A stretch of 63,787 bases of DNA, filler included, from Phoronis australis (taxonomy: Eukaryota > Animalia > Phoronida): assembly GCA_002633005.1 (NCBI GenBank). It is 7 parts of 7 records of this genome, joined end to end, with 100 filler letters (N's around TTAATTAATTAA, not from the genome) between each part and the next. Parts side by side here need not be neighbours in the genome. Positions count along the whole stretch, not along the records: positions 1 to 6,236 come from NMRA01002197.1; positions 6,337 to 37,516 come from NMRA01000262.1; 5 more parts are not named here. One strand, given 5' to 3'. The translations under genes were made by a program, and so were the position numbers. The notes below the pieces were generated by a model. It was not told where the DNA came from, ran no database searches, and saw nothing but the letters and a program-made list of their open reading frames with translations. This document shows, one piece after another, positions 1 to 12,408 of the stretch. Numbering within the stretch: the stretch's first letter is position 1; each line of letters begins with the position of its first letter.

Positions 1-1364
1 AATTCCGATATACTTTCAAACTTCTGTGGCACTTTGCACGACCTCAGATGACTTCTGACGTCCTTAACACGGCTAATGAAGGCCACGTTTCCTCCGCGAT
101 CACACGAATGTAACGATAATTGACCAAATGTACAAGAAGGAAATTTCTCCATATTCTTTGCATTGACAGGAAGTGCATGTAATCTCGAACCCTAAAGTGC
201 TATTGGTAAAGTTAAACAAAGAATGGAGTGTTTTAGAAAATTGGTGTCTCAAAAGTGAAATTTAAATTTTTGTGATATTGCATTGTTGATATCATATCAT
301 ATATTATAGGTGATATCTCTAAACTAAAAGAGTAGCCTCAACTCTCTTGTCAGTCAGAGCAAGGCCACAACCCAAAAATGCCTGAATTTGAGGGCCACGT
401 TTAAAACTAAATATAAAAGAAACAAGTTTTTTTAAAAGCAATTATCAAAGTTCAATCTTGGAAGTGTCTACAAAGAGAATTTCAACTTCAAATATATTCC
501 GATATAGCAGGCAGGTTAAGTTACATCTTGCCACTTTTGACTGGCCTGAAAAGTGGTCTCGGAGTTTTCCCCCCTGCTGGAAATTTAATTGTACCTATGA
601 GTTGCAAATTTCATTTTCTTACTAACCTTACATGAATCTTTATGACCATCAATGTCAAACTTTGTCACTAGTTTTCCAAGTCTGATTTTTTGCCGCTCAA
701 AAAATGCAGTTTTACTGATATGAAAAAATGCAAAATATGACTTTATAGCCAAATAGGTCATATCTCGGTAACCAAAGGTCATTGAGTGCAAATATTNTCT
801 TGTCAGTCAGAGCAAGGCCACAACCCAAAAATGCCCGAATTCGAGGGCCACGTTTAAAACTAAATATAAAAGAAACAAGTTTTTTTAAAAGCAATTATCA
901 AAGTTCAATCTTAGAAGTGTCTACAAAGAGAATTTCAACTTCAAATATATTCCGATATAGCAGGCAGGTTAAGTTACATCTTGCCACTTTTGACTGGCCT
1001 GAAAAGTGGTCTCGGAGTTTTCTCCCCTGCTGGAAATTTAATTGTACCTATGAGTTGCAAATTTCATTTTCTTACTAACCTTACATGAATCTTTATGACC
1101 ATCAATGTCAAACTTTGTCACTAGTTTTCCAAGTCTGATTTTTTGCCGCTCAAAAAATGCAGTTTTACTGACATGAAAAAATGCAAAATATGACTTTATA
1201 GCCAAATAGGTCATATCTCGGAAACCAAAGGTCATTGAGTGCAAATATTGCAGCAGTGTACTTTGGGCCAGCATCCCAACACATGCACAAAGTATTAGTT
1301 CTGTATGAATTTTTGAGTATGTAGTGATTTTTTATTTTCATATGGATTTTATATGGAATCATTC
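1..1364. mobile_element. Terminal part of a TTAA-flanked non-autonomous DNA transposon (Kolobok-like), copy A
   Basis: 125-1368 (minus an internal duplication) is the reverse complement of 5447-6236. Homology stops exactly at ...GGAATCATTC|TTAA (TTAA 1365-1368). A TTAA target with RR...YY ends fits Kolobok; no ORF. Confidence 0.55.
345..1249. repeat. 452-bp near-identical direct duplication around a single n (797); probable assembly/haplotype artefact
   Basis: 345-796 matches 798-1249 with a few substitutions; the homologous copy at 5447-6236 contains this segment only once. Confidence 0.85.
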
Positions 1365-1368
1365 TTAA

Positions 1369-1547
1369 GTGACAGAAACTTACCAGGATGCATGGAAATT
1401 TCACTATTTGGCTACAAAAACAAAAAATATCTTACACGGGAGGGGAAACCCCCCCCCCGACCTCCGCCGCTCGGCGCTACGCGCCTAGGATTCGACCTTG
1501 GCGGGAATCCTAAATCCCCCCTTGCTGAAAACGTAGATCCGCCACTG
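1369..1547. mobile_element. Right end of a MITE (…GTAGATCCGCCACTG), left part interrupted by the TTAA element
   Basis: Terminus is the reverse complement of CAGTGGCGGATCTA, which starts the 2061-3050 element; C-rich subterminal region. Confidence 0.45.
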
Positions 1548-2060
1548 CCACTAGATAAGGGGGGAAACGAGTTCCCATGTAATAACCTATATTTATCTTT
1601 TAGACAATTACGCACTTCAATTCAAAATTATCATTTACCAAGATTGCAAATCCTCTTGCAAACTCACACTCAAGCAAGACTTGCACCACTGAGTAACTTG
1701 GTAGTTTGGTTCTCCATGTCATGAAAGAAATTCCCAGCTGATGGGAAGCCACACCAGCAGGCATTTCAAACACATTCAAAGCATTGCGTTGAACAAAATA
1801 CGCTATTAATTCACTATCCTCAACTGCCCTGGAAATAGGTAAAACCCGCATTAATTGCCGAAGTCTATGAAAACATAAAAATAATGTCGGAAATTAACAA
1901 TGCGAACTATCGCTACTAGTCTTGGGGTTGTTAGGGCTACCAATAGTTGCGTACTGGAATTGGAATTCCAGGGCTAAAGTTCTATCGTTGAAACAGAATA
2001 CCTCAAGAGGCACCAGGATGGCCATTCTATAATACAAAATCAGCGGCTGAAGAGGATTAA

Positions 2061-3050
2061 CAGTGGCGGATCTAGGATATCACAAGGGGGGGCCCAACAT
2101 TTTGTCCGGCTGTAAGCATTTGCGCAAACCACGATTGTAGATGCGCATAGCACCGAATGGGGGGAGGTCGGGAGATTTTTTGTGTGTTTTTTTCCTATAA
2201 AAATCAAGCATTTTCCTTGATTTCTGATGTATTATCCAAGAAAAAAAGGGAATAAAAAAAAAAACGGAGAACGTGTCACACAGGAAAAATGCGAGTTTTA
2301 CAGACTCGAACTCACGACCTGGCTGATAGGACGCGCATGCTTTACCACTACACTACCACGACTTCACTAACAAACTTTTACTAAGAGACCTACTTGTTTA
2401 TGGTCCACAACGTTTGTGAGCGAAACCTACTTCTTTTTGTAATGCTTATTACACGTTTTTTATTTTGTGCAAACGGTTCTTAACAAATTTGTTGTATTTA
2501 AAATAGTCTTCAAATGCCCAAAAGACCAAATCCGTTTTTCGTGTTGGCAATAATGACGGGATTGCTTTGGAAATCGTCTTAAGATCAGGTTTGACAAAGA
2601 GAGAATTAATGAGTTTCTTGAGTCATTCACTAAGGCTTCGATTAAAATTCACGTCTTACCAGAAGCTTTCGTTTTTTCATCGTCACTCAGGTTCCATTTT
2701 CTTTAAAAAATGAAGTAAATTTTCTCCATTGCACAGTGGAGCAGACGACGGAAACGGAGTCGTAGTGCGCAGCGCCACTGCTGGTCGCCTGGGATATCGC
2801 GGGAGAGCTTATACTTAGCCACAGTTCCGTTACGAATGCGCCGTGTTCCGAATTTGACACTTGAAATTGGATCTGAGCCCCCCCAAACAATAAAACTGAA
2901 CACATTTAAATCTTTTTTCATCCGTATAATTTTGATTACCGGGGCAAATTTATAAACTCAACATTTCCCTACGCTTTTGCTGTTTTATTTTTTTGCGCCA
3001 GGCAAGGGGGGGGGGGTTTGTGTCCCCTGCCCCCCCTAAATCCGCCTATG
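2061..3050. mobile_element. 990-bp MITE with imperfect TIRs and 5-bp TSD ATTAA
   Basis: Left end CAGTGGCGGATCTAGG; right end reverse-complemented CATAGGCGGATTTAGG (13/16 match); ATTAA at 2056-2060 and 3051-3055. Confidence 0.75.
2302..2362 (-). other. tRNA-derived segment (Pol III A and B boxes) inside the MITE
   Basis: Minus strand GTCGTGGTAGTGTAGTGGTAAAGCATGCGCGTCCTATCAGCCAGGTCGTGAGTTCGAGTCT: A-box-like TAGTGTAGTGG and B-box-like GAGTTCGAGTC. No complete cloverleaf evident. Confidence 0.5.
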
Positions 3051-4655
3051 ATTAATAAGGTCGTGATGAAAAGATTCACGTACGGATGTCATGATCAGCC
3101 ATGTCCGGAAAACACATGAAGCTAACTAAGCTACGCCTAAAAAGACGAGCGCAAACGAGTAGCTGCGAGTCGAGCTGTTATCCTGTAGCTCAACTCATAC
3201 AGATGTAGCTCCAGGTGGGTTACCCGCACACAGCGAGCAAAATGCTCAGTGACCTGTTGCCCTTAAACTGCTCGTACTTTGCCGAGTTGCTGCCAGCTGC
3301 GCTGTCCCCCACATCTAAGAGCTCGGTGCACCTGTACACTGCGAACAACATCCTCAATAACACATTCATTATGCTATGTGTTAAAAAAATCCTGTAGTAC
3401 ACACAGCGAGAGAGATTTCATTGTTGTAAAGTGATGCAATAATTATTGTCCATGGGCAGCCGGAGGTAATCTCATAAGCACTTGGCTCGCCTGGTTCGCA
3501 AATTGTAACAATTTAAGCACGCCATGTAAAACAACATCACCACGCCAACTCGCGAGACAAAAGCTTACGGTTCATTTTGTCAAAGTTGTGAACTATGAGG
3601 GGAGCTGGTTTTCGTTCGAGGCGTCTCTTCTGCGATCGCCCTAGCCAATCTCGCTCACTCGCCGTAAGGTTTAAAGCAAGCCTTGTAAAAAAGATATCCA
3701 GCAAGTGAGACATTTGCCTCGCTGCAAGGCTCATTTTTCCGTAGTCGTCGGTTATGGGTAGAGCTAATTTTCATTTCAGGCACGTACATTGTAACTCTTC
3801 GTCTGCACTCGCCCTCAGTATCAGCGCAAACGGAGAGTCAGCAGCCCCGAATATGAATTTGCTTAGTTCATACCTTATGTGTGCAGGAAAATTAACTATA
3901 AGGAATTCCCTTCGCGAGGCGGTCAGTCAAATGCCCTCTTGTTGGATTTCTTTCATGTCGCTAGTGTAAAATGTTGGAGAATGATCTCCATGATGTATTA
4001 TAAATTACATAAGAAATTGGATAAGAATTGCATAAGAGATTGTTGAACAAGAATTGCATAAGAAATAGTTGTATAAGAGATAATTAGTGGAATGTTGTAG
4101 TCTTGGAATGCAGTTTTGCTGTATCTTGCCTTATATGGGCACGCTACTTCTGTATATATATATTAATGCGATCAAATAATAAAACAGTCTGATACATTTA
4201 GATAGTTTCTTGTACAGAAACATGGTGTTCTTTTATTAACCGGCACATCTTCCTGACCATTAAGTCCAGTACGTGCGCAATGTCTCACCAATCATTAACA
4301 TAAATTTACACTGCCCGCGGCGAGATGAGGTGAGTACTGACACGAACCTGAGCGCCTATCTATCCTCCTCAAGTGAACTGTACCTCAGCTCAAAGATCCA
4401 CCCCACAGAACGAGCAAAATAATCGCCGGCCTGTTTCATGTACTTACGGTACCTTCGCGGCAAACGGAGCCAGCGAGAGGAATCTGTTGTTATCAGGTAA
4501 TGCGAACATTAATTTTCATAGGTTGCCGACGGCAATCGGTCAGGCCTAAGTATGTAGCTAACCTGCCTGGTGTGATTTGAGGATTTGCACTACGCATGCC
4601 AGGAGACTCTGATCAAGAAAGTGATTCAAACCTTAGGACTGAAATCTGGTCTTAC

Positions 4656-4887
4656 CATGCGCGCAAACAGAGGGGGTTCGGTAGGCTCGAACGAACCCCC
4701 CCATTTGGCGAAGTGGGAAACAAAAAGTCCGAGAAAACGAGACAAAAGTCTACTAAAAAGACGCAGTCGCACACTTTACAGACCTGAAGGTGGTACCCGT
4801 TTTTTTAGTCATCCCGATATTTTGTTAGCAAAAGGTCCACTTTATCAGAGATTCGAGCCCCCATATTAAGGGCTGGGTGCGCGCATG
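4656..4887. mobile_element. 232-bp MITE with 10-bp TIR and 5-bp TSD CTTAC
   Basis: CATGCGCGCA ... TGCGCGCATG; CTTAC at 4651-4655 and 4888-4892. Confidence 0.8.
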
Positions 4888-5450
4888 CTTACGTTAACTC
4901 ATCTCAATTGCCGGAAATTTAGCCAGGTAAATGAGATCCTGTCACAGTCTAGAAATAAGTTTCAGAAATTATCTAAATAAGTAGTAGTTTTGTGTTTATT
5001 CTAAGAGACTTCCAAAAGAGTTATTATTCAAAAGAGGGTTGTGGGAAAAGGAACTAGGTGGCGACTCAGAGATCAAAGCAACGACCGGAGTGACATCATT
5101 ATATTCTGTCACGGTGAAAACGAACAAACTCGCAGGTATAAAAATCTTAGCTGTTACTTAAACTTACATGTATACCAAAAGTGATTTTGGGCAACAAATC
5201 AGAAAAAAATACCTTGTGTCTAATTCGAAAATTGCAGCTGTTCCTGATTGCTTTTGCTTTTGCTTTTTCTAATCAAAGAATTTCTGTCATTTGTTTGGGC
5301 ACGTGAGTCACTCATAACCACCTATTGTCAGTGGATTTTCTGTGAAATATCGGTAACGTGACTAGGGCCCCAGAACAAAGGTCATAATTGAAACATTCAA
5401 CCGAGCAACTAAGGCACATGTACTTAGCAACACCTTTCTACAACCATTAA

Positions 5451-6236
5451 GAATGATTCCATATAAAAACCATATGAAAATGAAAAATCACTATATATTC
5501 AAAATTTCATACAGAACTAATACTTTGTGCATGTGTTGGGATGCTGGCCCAAAGTACACTGCTGCAATATTTCCACTCAATGACCTTTGGTTACCGAGAT
5601 ATGACCTATTTGGCTATAAAGTCATATTTTGCATTTTTTCATGTCAGTAAAACTGCATTTTTTGAGCGGCAAAAAATCAGACTTTGAAAACTAGTGACAA
5701 AGTTTGACATTGATGGTCATAAAGACTCATGTAAGGTTAGTAAGAAAATGAAATTTGCAACTCATAGGTACAATTAAATTTCCAGCAGGGGAGAAAATTC
5801 CGAGACCACTTTTCAGGCCAGTCAAAAGTGGCAAGATGTTGCTTAACCTGCCTGCTATATCGGAATATATTTGAAGTTGAAATTCTCTTTGTAGACACTT
5901 CTAAGATTGAACTTTGATAATTGCTTTTAAAAAACTTGTCTCTTTTATATTTAGTTTTAAACGTGGCCCTCGAATTTGGGCATTTTTGTGAAGTGGCCTT
6001 GCTCTGACTGACAAGAGAGTTGAGGCTACTCTTTTAGTTTAGAGATATCACCTACAATATATGATATGATATCAACAATGCAATATCACAAAAATTTAAA
6101 TTTCACTTTTGAGACCCCAATTTTCTAAAACACTCCATTCTTTGTTTAACTTTACCAATAGCACTTTAGGGTTCGAGATTACATGCACTTCCTGTCACTG
6201 CAAAGAATATGGAGGAATTTCCTTATGTACATTTGG
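5451..6236. mobile_element. Terminal part of a TTAA-flanked non-autonomous DNA transposon (Kolobok-like), copy B
   Basis: Starts TTAA|GAATGATTCC (TTAA 5447-5450); inverted homologue of 125-1368; runs into the scaffold end. Confidence 0.55.
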
Positions 6237-6336
6237 NNNNNNNNNNNNNNNNNNNNNNNNNNNNNNNNNNNNNNNNNNNNTTAATTAATTAANNNNNNNN
6301 NNNNNNNNNNNNNNNNNNNNNNNNNNNNNNNNNNNN
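6237..6336. other. Artificial scaffold spacer (44 N + TTAATTAATTAA + 44 N)
   Basis: Palindromic 12-mer with stops in all six frames, centred in exactly 100 nt; six identical occurrences in the window. Confidence 0.95.
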
Positions 6337-6667
6337 CTATGGTCATAGTGTTGACTCAGTGGGATGTAGATGTAAGTAACAATCACTGTGGTGTGGCTAT
6401 GGTCATAGTGTTGACTCAGTGGGATGTAGATGTAAGTAACAATCACTGTGGTGTGGCTATGGTCATAGTGTTGACTCAGTGGGATGTAGATGTAAGTAAC
6501 AATCACTGTGGTGTGGCTATGGTCATAGTGTTGACTCAGTGGGATGTAGATGTAAGTAACAATCACTGTGGTGTGACTATGGTCATAGTGTTGACTCAGT
6601 GGGATGTAGATGTAAGTAACAATCACTGTGGTGTGGCTATGGTCATAGTGTTGGCTCAGTGGGATGT
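6337..6667. repeat. 60-bp tandem repeat, about 5.5 copies, truncated by scaffold start
   Basis: Unit CTATGGTCATAGTGTTGACTCAGTGGGATGTAGATGTAAGTAACAATCACTGTGGTGTGG, nearly invariant. Confidence 0.95.
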
Positions 6668-9446
6668 GAAGCCTGCAGGATGCTATTTATTGATCTATCC
6701 ATAGTTTGAAAATTTGTCAGGAGTCGGTTGATGTCTCTAAAAGAAACACGTCTTTGTTTGGAACTTGTGATAATCATTTGTCATTTGTCTGACTCGCTTA
6801 AACTGTATTAGGGGTAGGGGTCCTACTTCTGAAAAATTAAATCAATCTTACAATGCAGTTTTCTACCTCCGCATAAGGGAGAGTTGAATACGGTAAGGGA
6901 ATTGTCTAAAGTTTTCGTCCTAATTTTCACAGGCTGATTTCCTTGCCAATCCAGTTAAACTATGAGTTGTTTTATAATAACTTTATGCAAACCATATCAG
7001 GCTCTAATGAAGTGGGGTTTCACTGTAATCCTTCTCTTGCTTGTGCCTGGCATTTTATTTGAGTGCCTTCTGTATTATCTAGTTTAACACACACATCAAC
7101 TTCCAAAACCTGTCGGTAATCAATTAATTAAGGTCAAACAAATTAAGAACTTAAATAAAAACAATGGTGGCAGGCCTTATATTTTCTTCATTGCACAATG
7201 AGACGCCGGTTTCAAAATGAGTTGCGTGCTGACCAGAATCAATTTTGCTATTTTCTTTGGCTTGAATTCCCCTGTTTTGACCATGTGTGCCAAGTAGATG
7301 AAAACTTAGGAAGGTAGAGTCATTCTGTCTGTCATACTATGGTCTGTTGTGTGGTAGACACCAAAGATGATGATGATGATGCAGGGGTCAACAAACTTGA
7401 TCAAGTATTACAGCACTCACTTGGCATGTTGCTGTTGGACATATGACAGATTGTATACACCATTCACATAGTACTTTGCTTACACTAAACCGAAAACCTG
7501 TCAAGTTTCTCAGGGGAGATGTTTCCTTCCAAGCCCCTCGCCCTCGCCCTCGCCCTGTGTAGACCCAGAATCATGACTTGAGGGTGTCTTATGGTACATT
7601 TGATAGACATGGGGGGTCTTAAAGAGGAAGCAACTATTTTTGATGTTTTGGAAATTCTTCACCTGCTGAGCACATTGTGTGGCAGATGAGTGACATTTTG
7701 TTTCCTCACGTTTTTTGTGGGAAAATAAAGATAAAGAACATTTCAGTCTGTTACTAACTAGCTTGGTTTGAACTGTGTTGATATCACAAAACAACACTTG
7801 GTACAGTTTCCATTATTTGGTAAAGAATCTTGGAAAAACTAGAAAATGTAAAATAAGTGAGATTTATACCTTTAGTAAAACTATATATGGTTGTTTGTCT
7901 TGGAAATACATGTTTTAGTATTAATAACTTTTTCCTTGACGTATATTTACTGACCATTGAACAATTGAAAGTCATATAAATGGCCCAGTAAAAGGCCAGC
8001 ACCTTCACTTCCATTGACCAAACACGAATTACTGATACAGACTCTGTTCATCTTGAATATTTATATCAAATAAATTTATTATGTTATTGTTATTGTGTTG
8101 CGGTCAATGTATATTTCTTTTTGCAACCTTTTCTAGAAAGGAAAGATCACGTGACCCAATTAATGGTCAAAAATCAAATTATACGGCTCAGGGTTCAATA
8201 CTTACTGAAAATTGTTCTCCTGCCATTTTCGAGAGTTTATATGAAAATGATCAGCGATATTCTTCACCAGATAAGCTTTCTTTTATTTATTTATTTACTT
8301 GCGTCTACAGAGAGCACATGGGCTCCGCTACAAGAACAACGAACATGTTTTACGAGTTTTGCGTGATCCTATATTGTTGCCGCAACTTCTACCAATAACT
8401 TCGTCGAAGCTTTGTTCCGATTGTCCCCACTGCACAGAAGTTTCAGTGAATACAAGAAGCTTTGTTTTAAATCCTACTATTTTCAGCAAGGTTTCGCTTG
8501 CAGATCAACTTCCGGAATTCACCTTTCCCACAAACGGAAACTTTGGTAAAAGCAAAGTTTCTTCTCTAATGGGAAAGCACCTAAAAACTGTGGGACACAG
8601 ACAACCCATATTTCATTTAAAAGAGTGTGAGACACAAACAACCCACATTTCATTTCAAACTGTGAGATGCAGACAACCCATGTTTCGTTTCCTCATCTTC
8701 TCACCAATTTCGCCCTTTATCATTTCAAATTCTGTTCTCTTCTGTAGCTGTCATCACAAATTATTTTGAAAACTGTGGACCTTCACAAAATGTTAGATGT
8801 TGAAATTTGAAAAAATGCATAAATGTGGTGTGGACGGTAATCTGACTTCTAGAAAAAAGTTTTGCTTTTTAATTTATTCAACCTTGATTGTAAATTGTGC
8901 ATGGTTCTATAGGTGTTCTATAGCAGTTTCTATACTTCACAGTTTTGTAAAAATTGAAAAGGTCAACCAGTAATGAACAGATGCTTATAATGAGTGATTT
9001 TGCATCTTGCCTTCAGAATCCTAAAAATCTAGACCACAGACATGCGTTTTATTGAGCACAGGGAACTTGTGTGTTCACTGTAATTCAATAGAGGAGTTAA
9101 CAGATTGTCAATGTGATTATTCATAAACTTTATGATGTTTGTCTAAGTGCATATAGGTCTTGTTAATGGTTTTACTATCTGGCTATTAACACTTTCTTGT
9201 TATACTCGTATATCCTGTTGGCACCAAAGGGATTGCAACTTTTAAAAACTGGTTTTATAGTGACACTTTTAATTACTTACAAATTGGACAGTAATTTGCC
9301 ATTACGCACAAATATTTTTGTTTGAGCGAGAAACTGGCAAAAATTTCAAGAATCTTAAATTTATACTTGTGGAGTGCTCAACAAATAGTTTGCATATACT
9401 CATATGTGTAGGGCCTTGTACTACAAAATGTTTAAATACTTCCAGT

Positions 9447-10750
9447 GTTCTCCCATTACAACACTCCAAACATGGTGTAAATTGAGGGTTCTCCCATTAC
9501 AACACTCCAAATATGGTGCAGATTGAGGGTTCTTCCATTACAATACTCTAAACATGGTGTAAATTGAGGGTTCTCCCATTACAACACTCCAAATATGGTG
9601 CAGATTGAGGGTTCTTCCATTACAACACTCCAAACATGGTGTAAATTGAGGGTTTCACCATTACAGCACTCCAAACATGGTGTAAATTGAGTGTTCTCTC
9701 ATTACAACACTCCAAATATGGTGTAAATTTAGGGTTCTCCCATTACAACACTCCAAATATGGTGTAAATTTAGGGTTCTTCCATTACAACACTCCAAACA
9801 TGGTGTAAATTGAGGGTTTCCCATTACAACACTCCAAATATGGTGTAAATTTAGGGTTCTTCTATTACAACACTCTAAACATGATGTAAATTGAGGGTTC
9901 TCCCATTACAACACTCCAAATATGGTGCAGATTGAGGGTTCTTCCATTACAACACTCCAAACATGATGTAAATTGAGGGTTTTTCCATTACAACACTCCA
10001 AACATGGTGTAAATTGAGGGTTTCCCATTACAACACTCCAAATATAGTGTAAATTTAGGGTTCTTCGATTACAACACTCTAAACATGGTGTAAATTGAGG
10101 GTTCTCCCATTACAACACTCCAAATATGGTGCAGATTGAGGGTTCTTCCATTACAACACTCCAAACATGATGTAAATTGAGGGTTTTTCCATTACAATAC
10201 TCCAAACATGGTGTAAATTGAGGGTTTCCCATTACAACACTCCAAATATGGTGTAAATTGAGGGTTTCCCATTACAACACTCCAAATATGGTGTAAATTG
10301 AGAGTTCACCCATTACAACACTCCAAATATGGTGTAAATTTAGGGTTCTTCCATTACAACACTCTAAACATGGTGTAAATTGAGGGTTCTTCCATTACAA
10401 CACTCCAAACATGGTGTAAATTGAGGGTTTTTCCATTACAACACTCCAAACATGGTGTAAATTGAGGGTTCTCCCAGTACAATAATCCAAACATGGTGCA
10501 GATTGAGGGTTATCCCTGTGCAATAATCAGAAGTGTGGTACAGACAGGGTTCTCCCAGAACATTACTATGAACACGGTGCAAATTGAAGGTTCTCCCAGT
10601 ACAATAATCCAAACACGGTGGAAATTGAGGGTTCTCCCAGTGCAATAACTTAAACACAGTGCAAATTGAAGGTTCTTCAGGTACAATAATCTCAACATGG
10701 TGCAAATTAAGGGTTCTCCCAGTATAACAATCCAAACATGGTGCAAATTG
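9447..10750. repeat. About 41-bp minisatellite, about 32 copies
   Basis: Unit GAGGGTTCTCCCATTACAACACTCCAAACATGGTGTAAATT; the last units (10480-10750) are more diverged. Confidence 0.95.
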
Positions 10751-11315
10751 CACATTATAATTTTTCGTATCCTGATCTTGCTTGTATTTCACTATCATTC
10801 TTACACCAAAATGATAAAAGTACATGAAGCACCACTTTGTCACATTAAAATTTCAATACTTTATCTCCTAAAACAGAGACATGGGTCACAGTTTGTAAAC
10901 ACTACGCAACGTTTCCAAACATGATGTAAAACATTTCAAACTCAGTAGAGCACCATGTTAGAATAAATAGACATTGACCTCTATGATGCTATGGCCGCTG
11001 ACCTGTATGTTGCTATGGACACTCAATGGAAATCATTTTTGTAGTGACCAGTTTTGAGTTCCTGCATCTAGGTTCAATTCTAGAAACTTTCATGTTGAAA
11101 ATTGTTGATTTAAAATAACCACCTCTTTATTCAATGAAGTCTTTCATGTCCATGTTTCTCTGTCTTGTAATACAGTTTTTCGTTTTCTTGGGTTGGGCTA
11201 TGAAAGAGTGAAATTTGCAGTGCGTAATGAACAATTGTAGACCCGCCTCTTTTTCTCTTGTGCTTGTAAACTGTCGCAAATTAGATTTAAAATGCAATGT
11301 CTACACATTCCAGGA

Positions 11316-11422
11316 ATTGAGTCTTGTGGGAGTGACTTAACATTGAGTCTTGTGGGAGTGACTTAACATTGAGTCTTGTGGGAGTGACTTAACATTGAGT
11401 CTTGTGGGAGTGACTTAACATT
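11316..11422. repeat. 26-bp tandem repeat, 4 copies
   Basis: ATTGAGTCTTGTGGGAGTGACTTAAC x4, perfect. Confidence 0.95.
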
Positions 11423-11802
11423 CTTTTTCTAGAGGTAATGATCATTTGAAGTGAATGTGACATGGATCAAAAAGTTAAATTGATCTGAACGATATGCTCT
11501 GAGATCTCAACTGTAAGGTATTCTTCATAATTGTCTTCATGTAGCATATATTCTCATGAATGGTTTACAAGGAAAGAAATGTGTTAGTAGGAATAGGATT
11601 GGTATGCTTGTATAGAGATATTTAGCTCTTGAGACAACTATGTTGATGAGACAAGAACATTGTTCGTTAGAATGTCTCTGTGGTCTGTAACAGGGGATGA
11701 TTGTCTACCTGATGTTCTCATGAACGGTTCTTGAGAGAGGAAATGTGTAAGTATTGAAGTGCATTTTTTGTATAAAGAAAAACAACTAATGAATAGAAAA
11801 TT

Positions 11803-12408
11803 TGCATTCCTCACTGATCATTAGAACATTAGAATGTATTCCTCACTGTTCATTAGAATGTATTCCTCACTGTTCAGTAGAATGTATTCCTCACTGTTCA
11901 GTAGAATGTATTCCTCACTGATCATTAGAACATTAGAATGTATTCCTCACTGTTCATTAGAATGTATTCCTCACTGATCATTAGAACATTAGAATGTATT
12001 CCACACTGTTCATTAGAATGTATTCCTCACTGATCATTAGAATGTATTCTTCACTGATCATTAGAACATTAGAATGTATTCTTCACTGATCATTAGAACA
12101 TTAGAATGTATTCCTCACTGTTCAGTAGAATGTATTCCTCACTGTTCATCAGGATGCATTCCTCACTGTTCATTAATATATATTCCTCACTGTTCATCAG
12201 AATGCATTCCTCCATGTTCATTAAAATATATTCCTCACTGTGCATTAGAATGTATTCCTCACTGTTCATTAGATTGTATTCCTCACTGTTCAGTAGAATG
12301 TATTCCTCACTGTTCATTAGAATATATTCTTCACTGTTCATTAGAATGTATTCCTCACTGTTCATTAGACCATATTCACAGTAGAATGTATTCCTCACTG
12401 TTCATTAG
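11803..12408. repeat. 24-bp minisatellite with occasional 8-bp CATTAGAA insertions
   Basis: Unit AGAATGTATTCCTCACTGTTCATT; explains the repetitive ORFs at 12074-12454. Confidence 0.95.

Noticed and set aside
3223-3393. Possible minus-strand exon (IFLTHSIMNVLLRMLFAVYRC...)
   Set aside because: Plausible splice sites but no recognisable homology or partner exons.
6337-6667. 60-bp array (and the 41-, 26-, 24-, 31-, 30- and 27-bp arrays) as possible CRISPR loci
   Set aside because: Units are head-to-tail with no unique spacers, there are no cas genes, and the context is eukaryotic.
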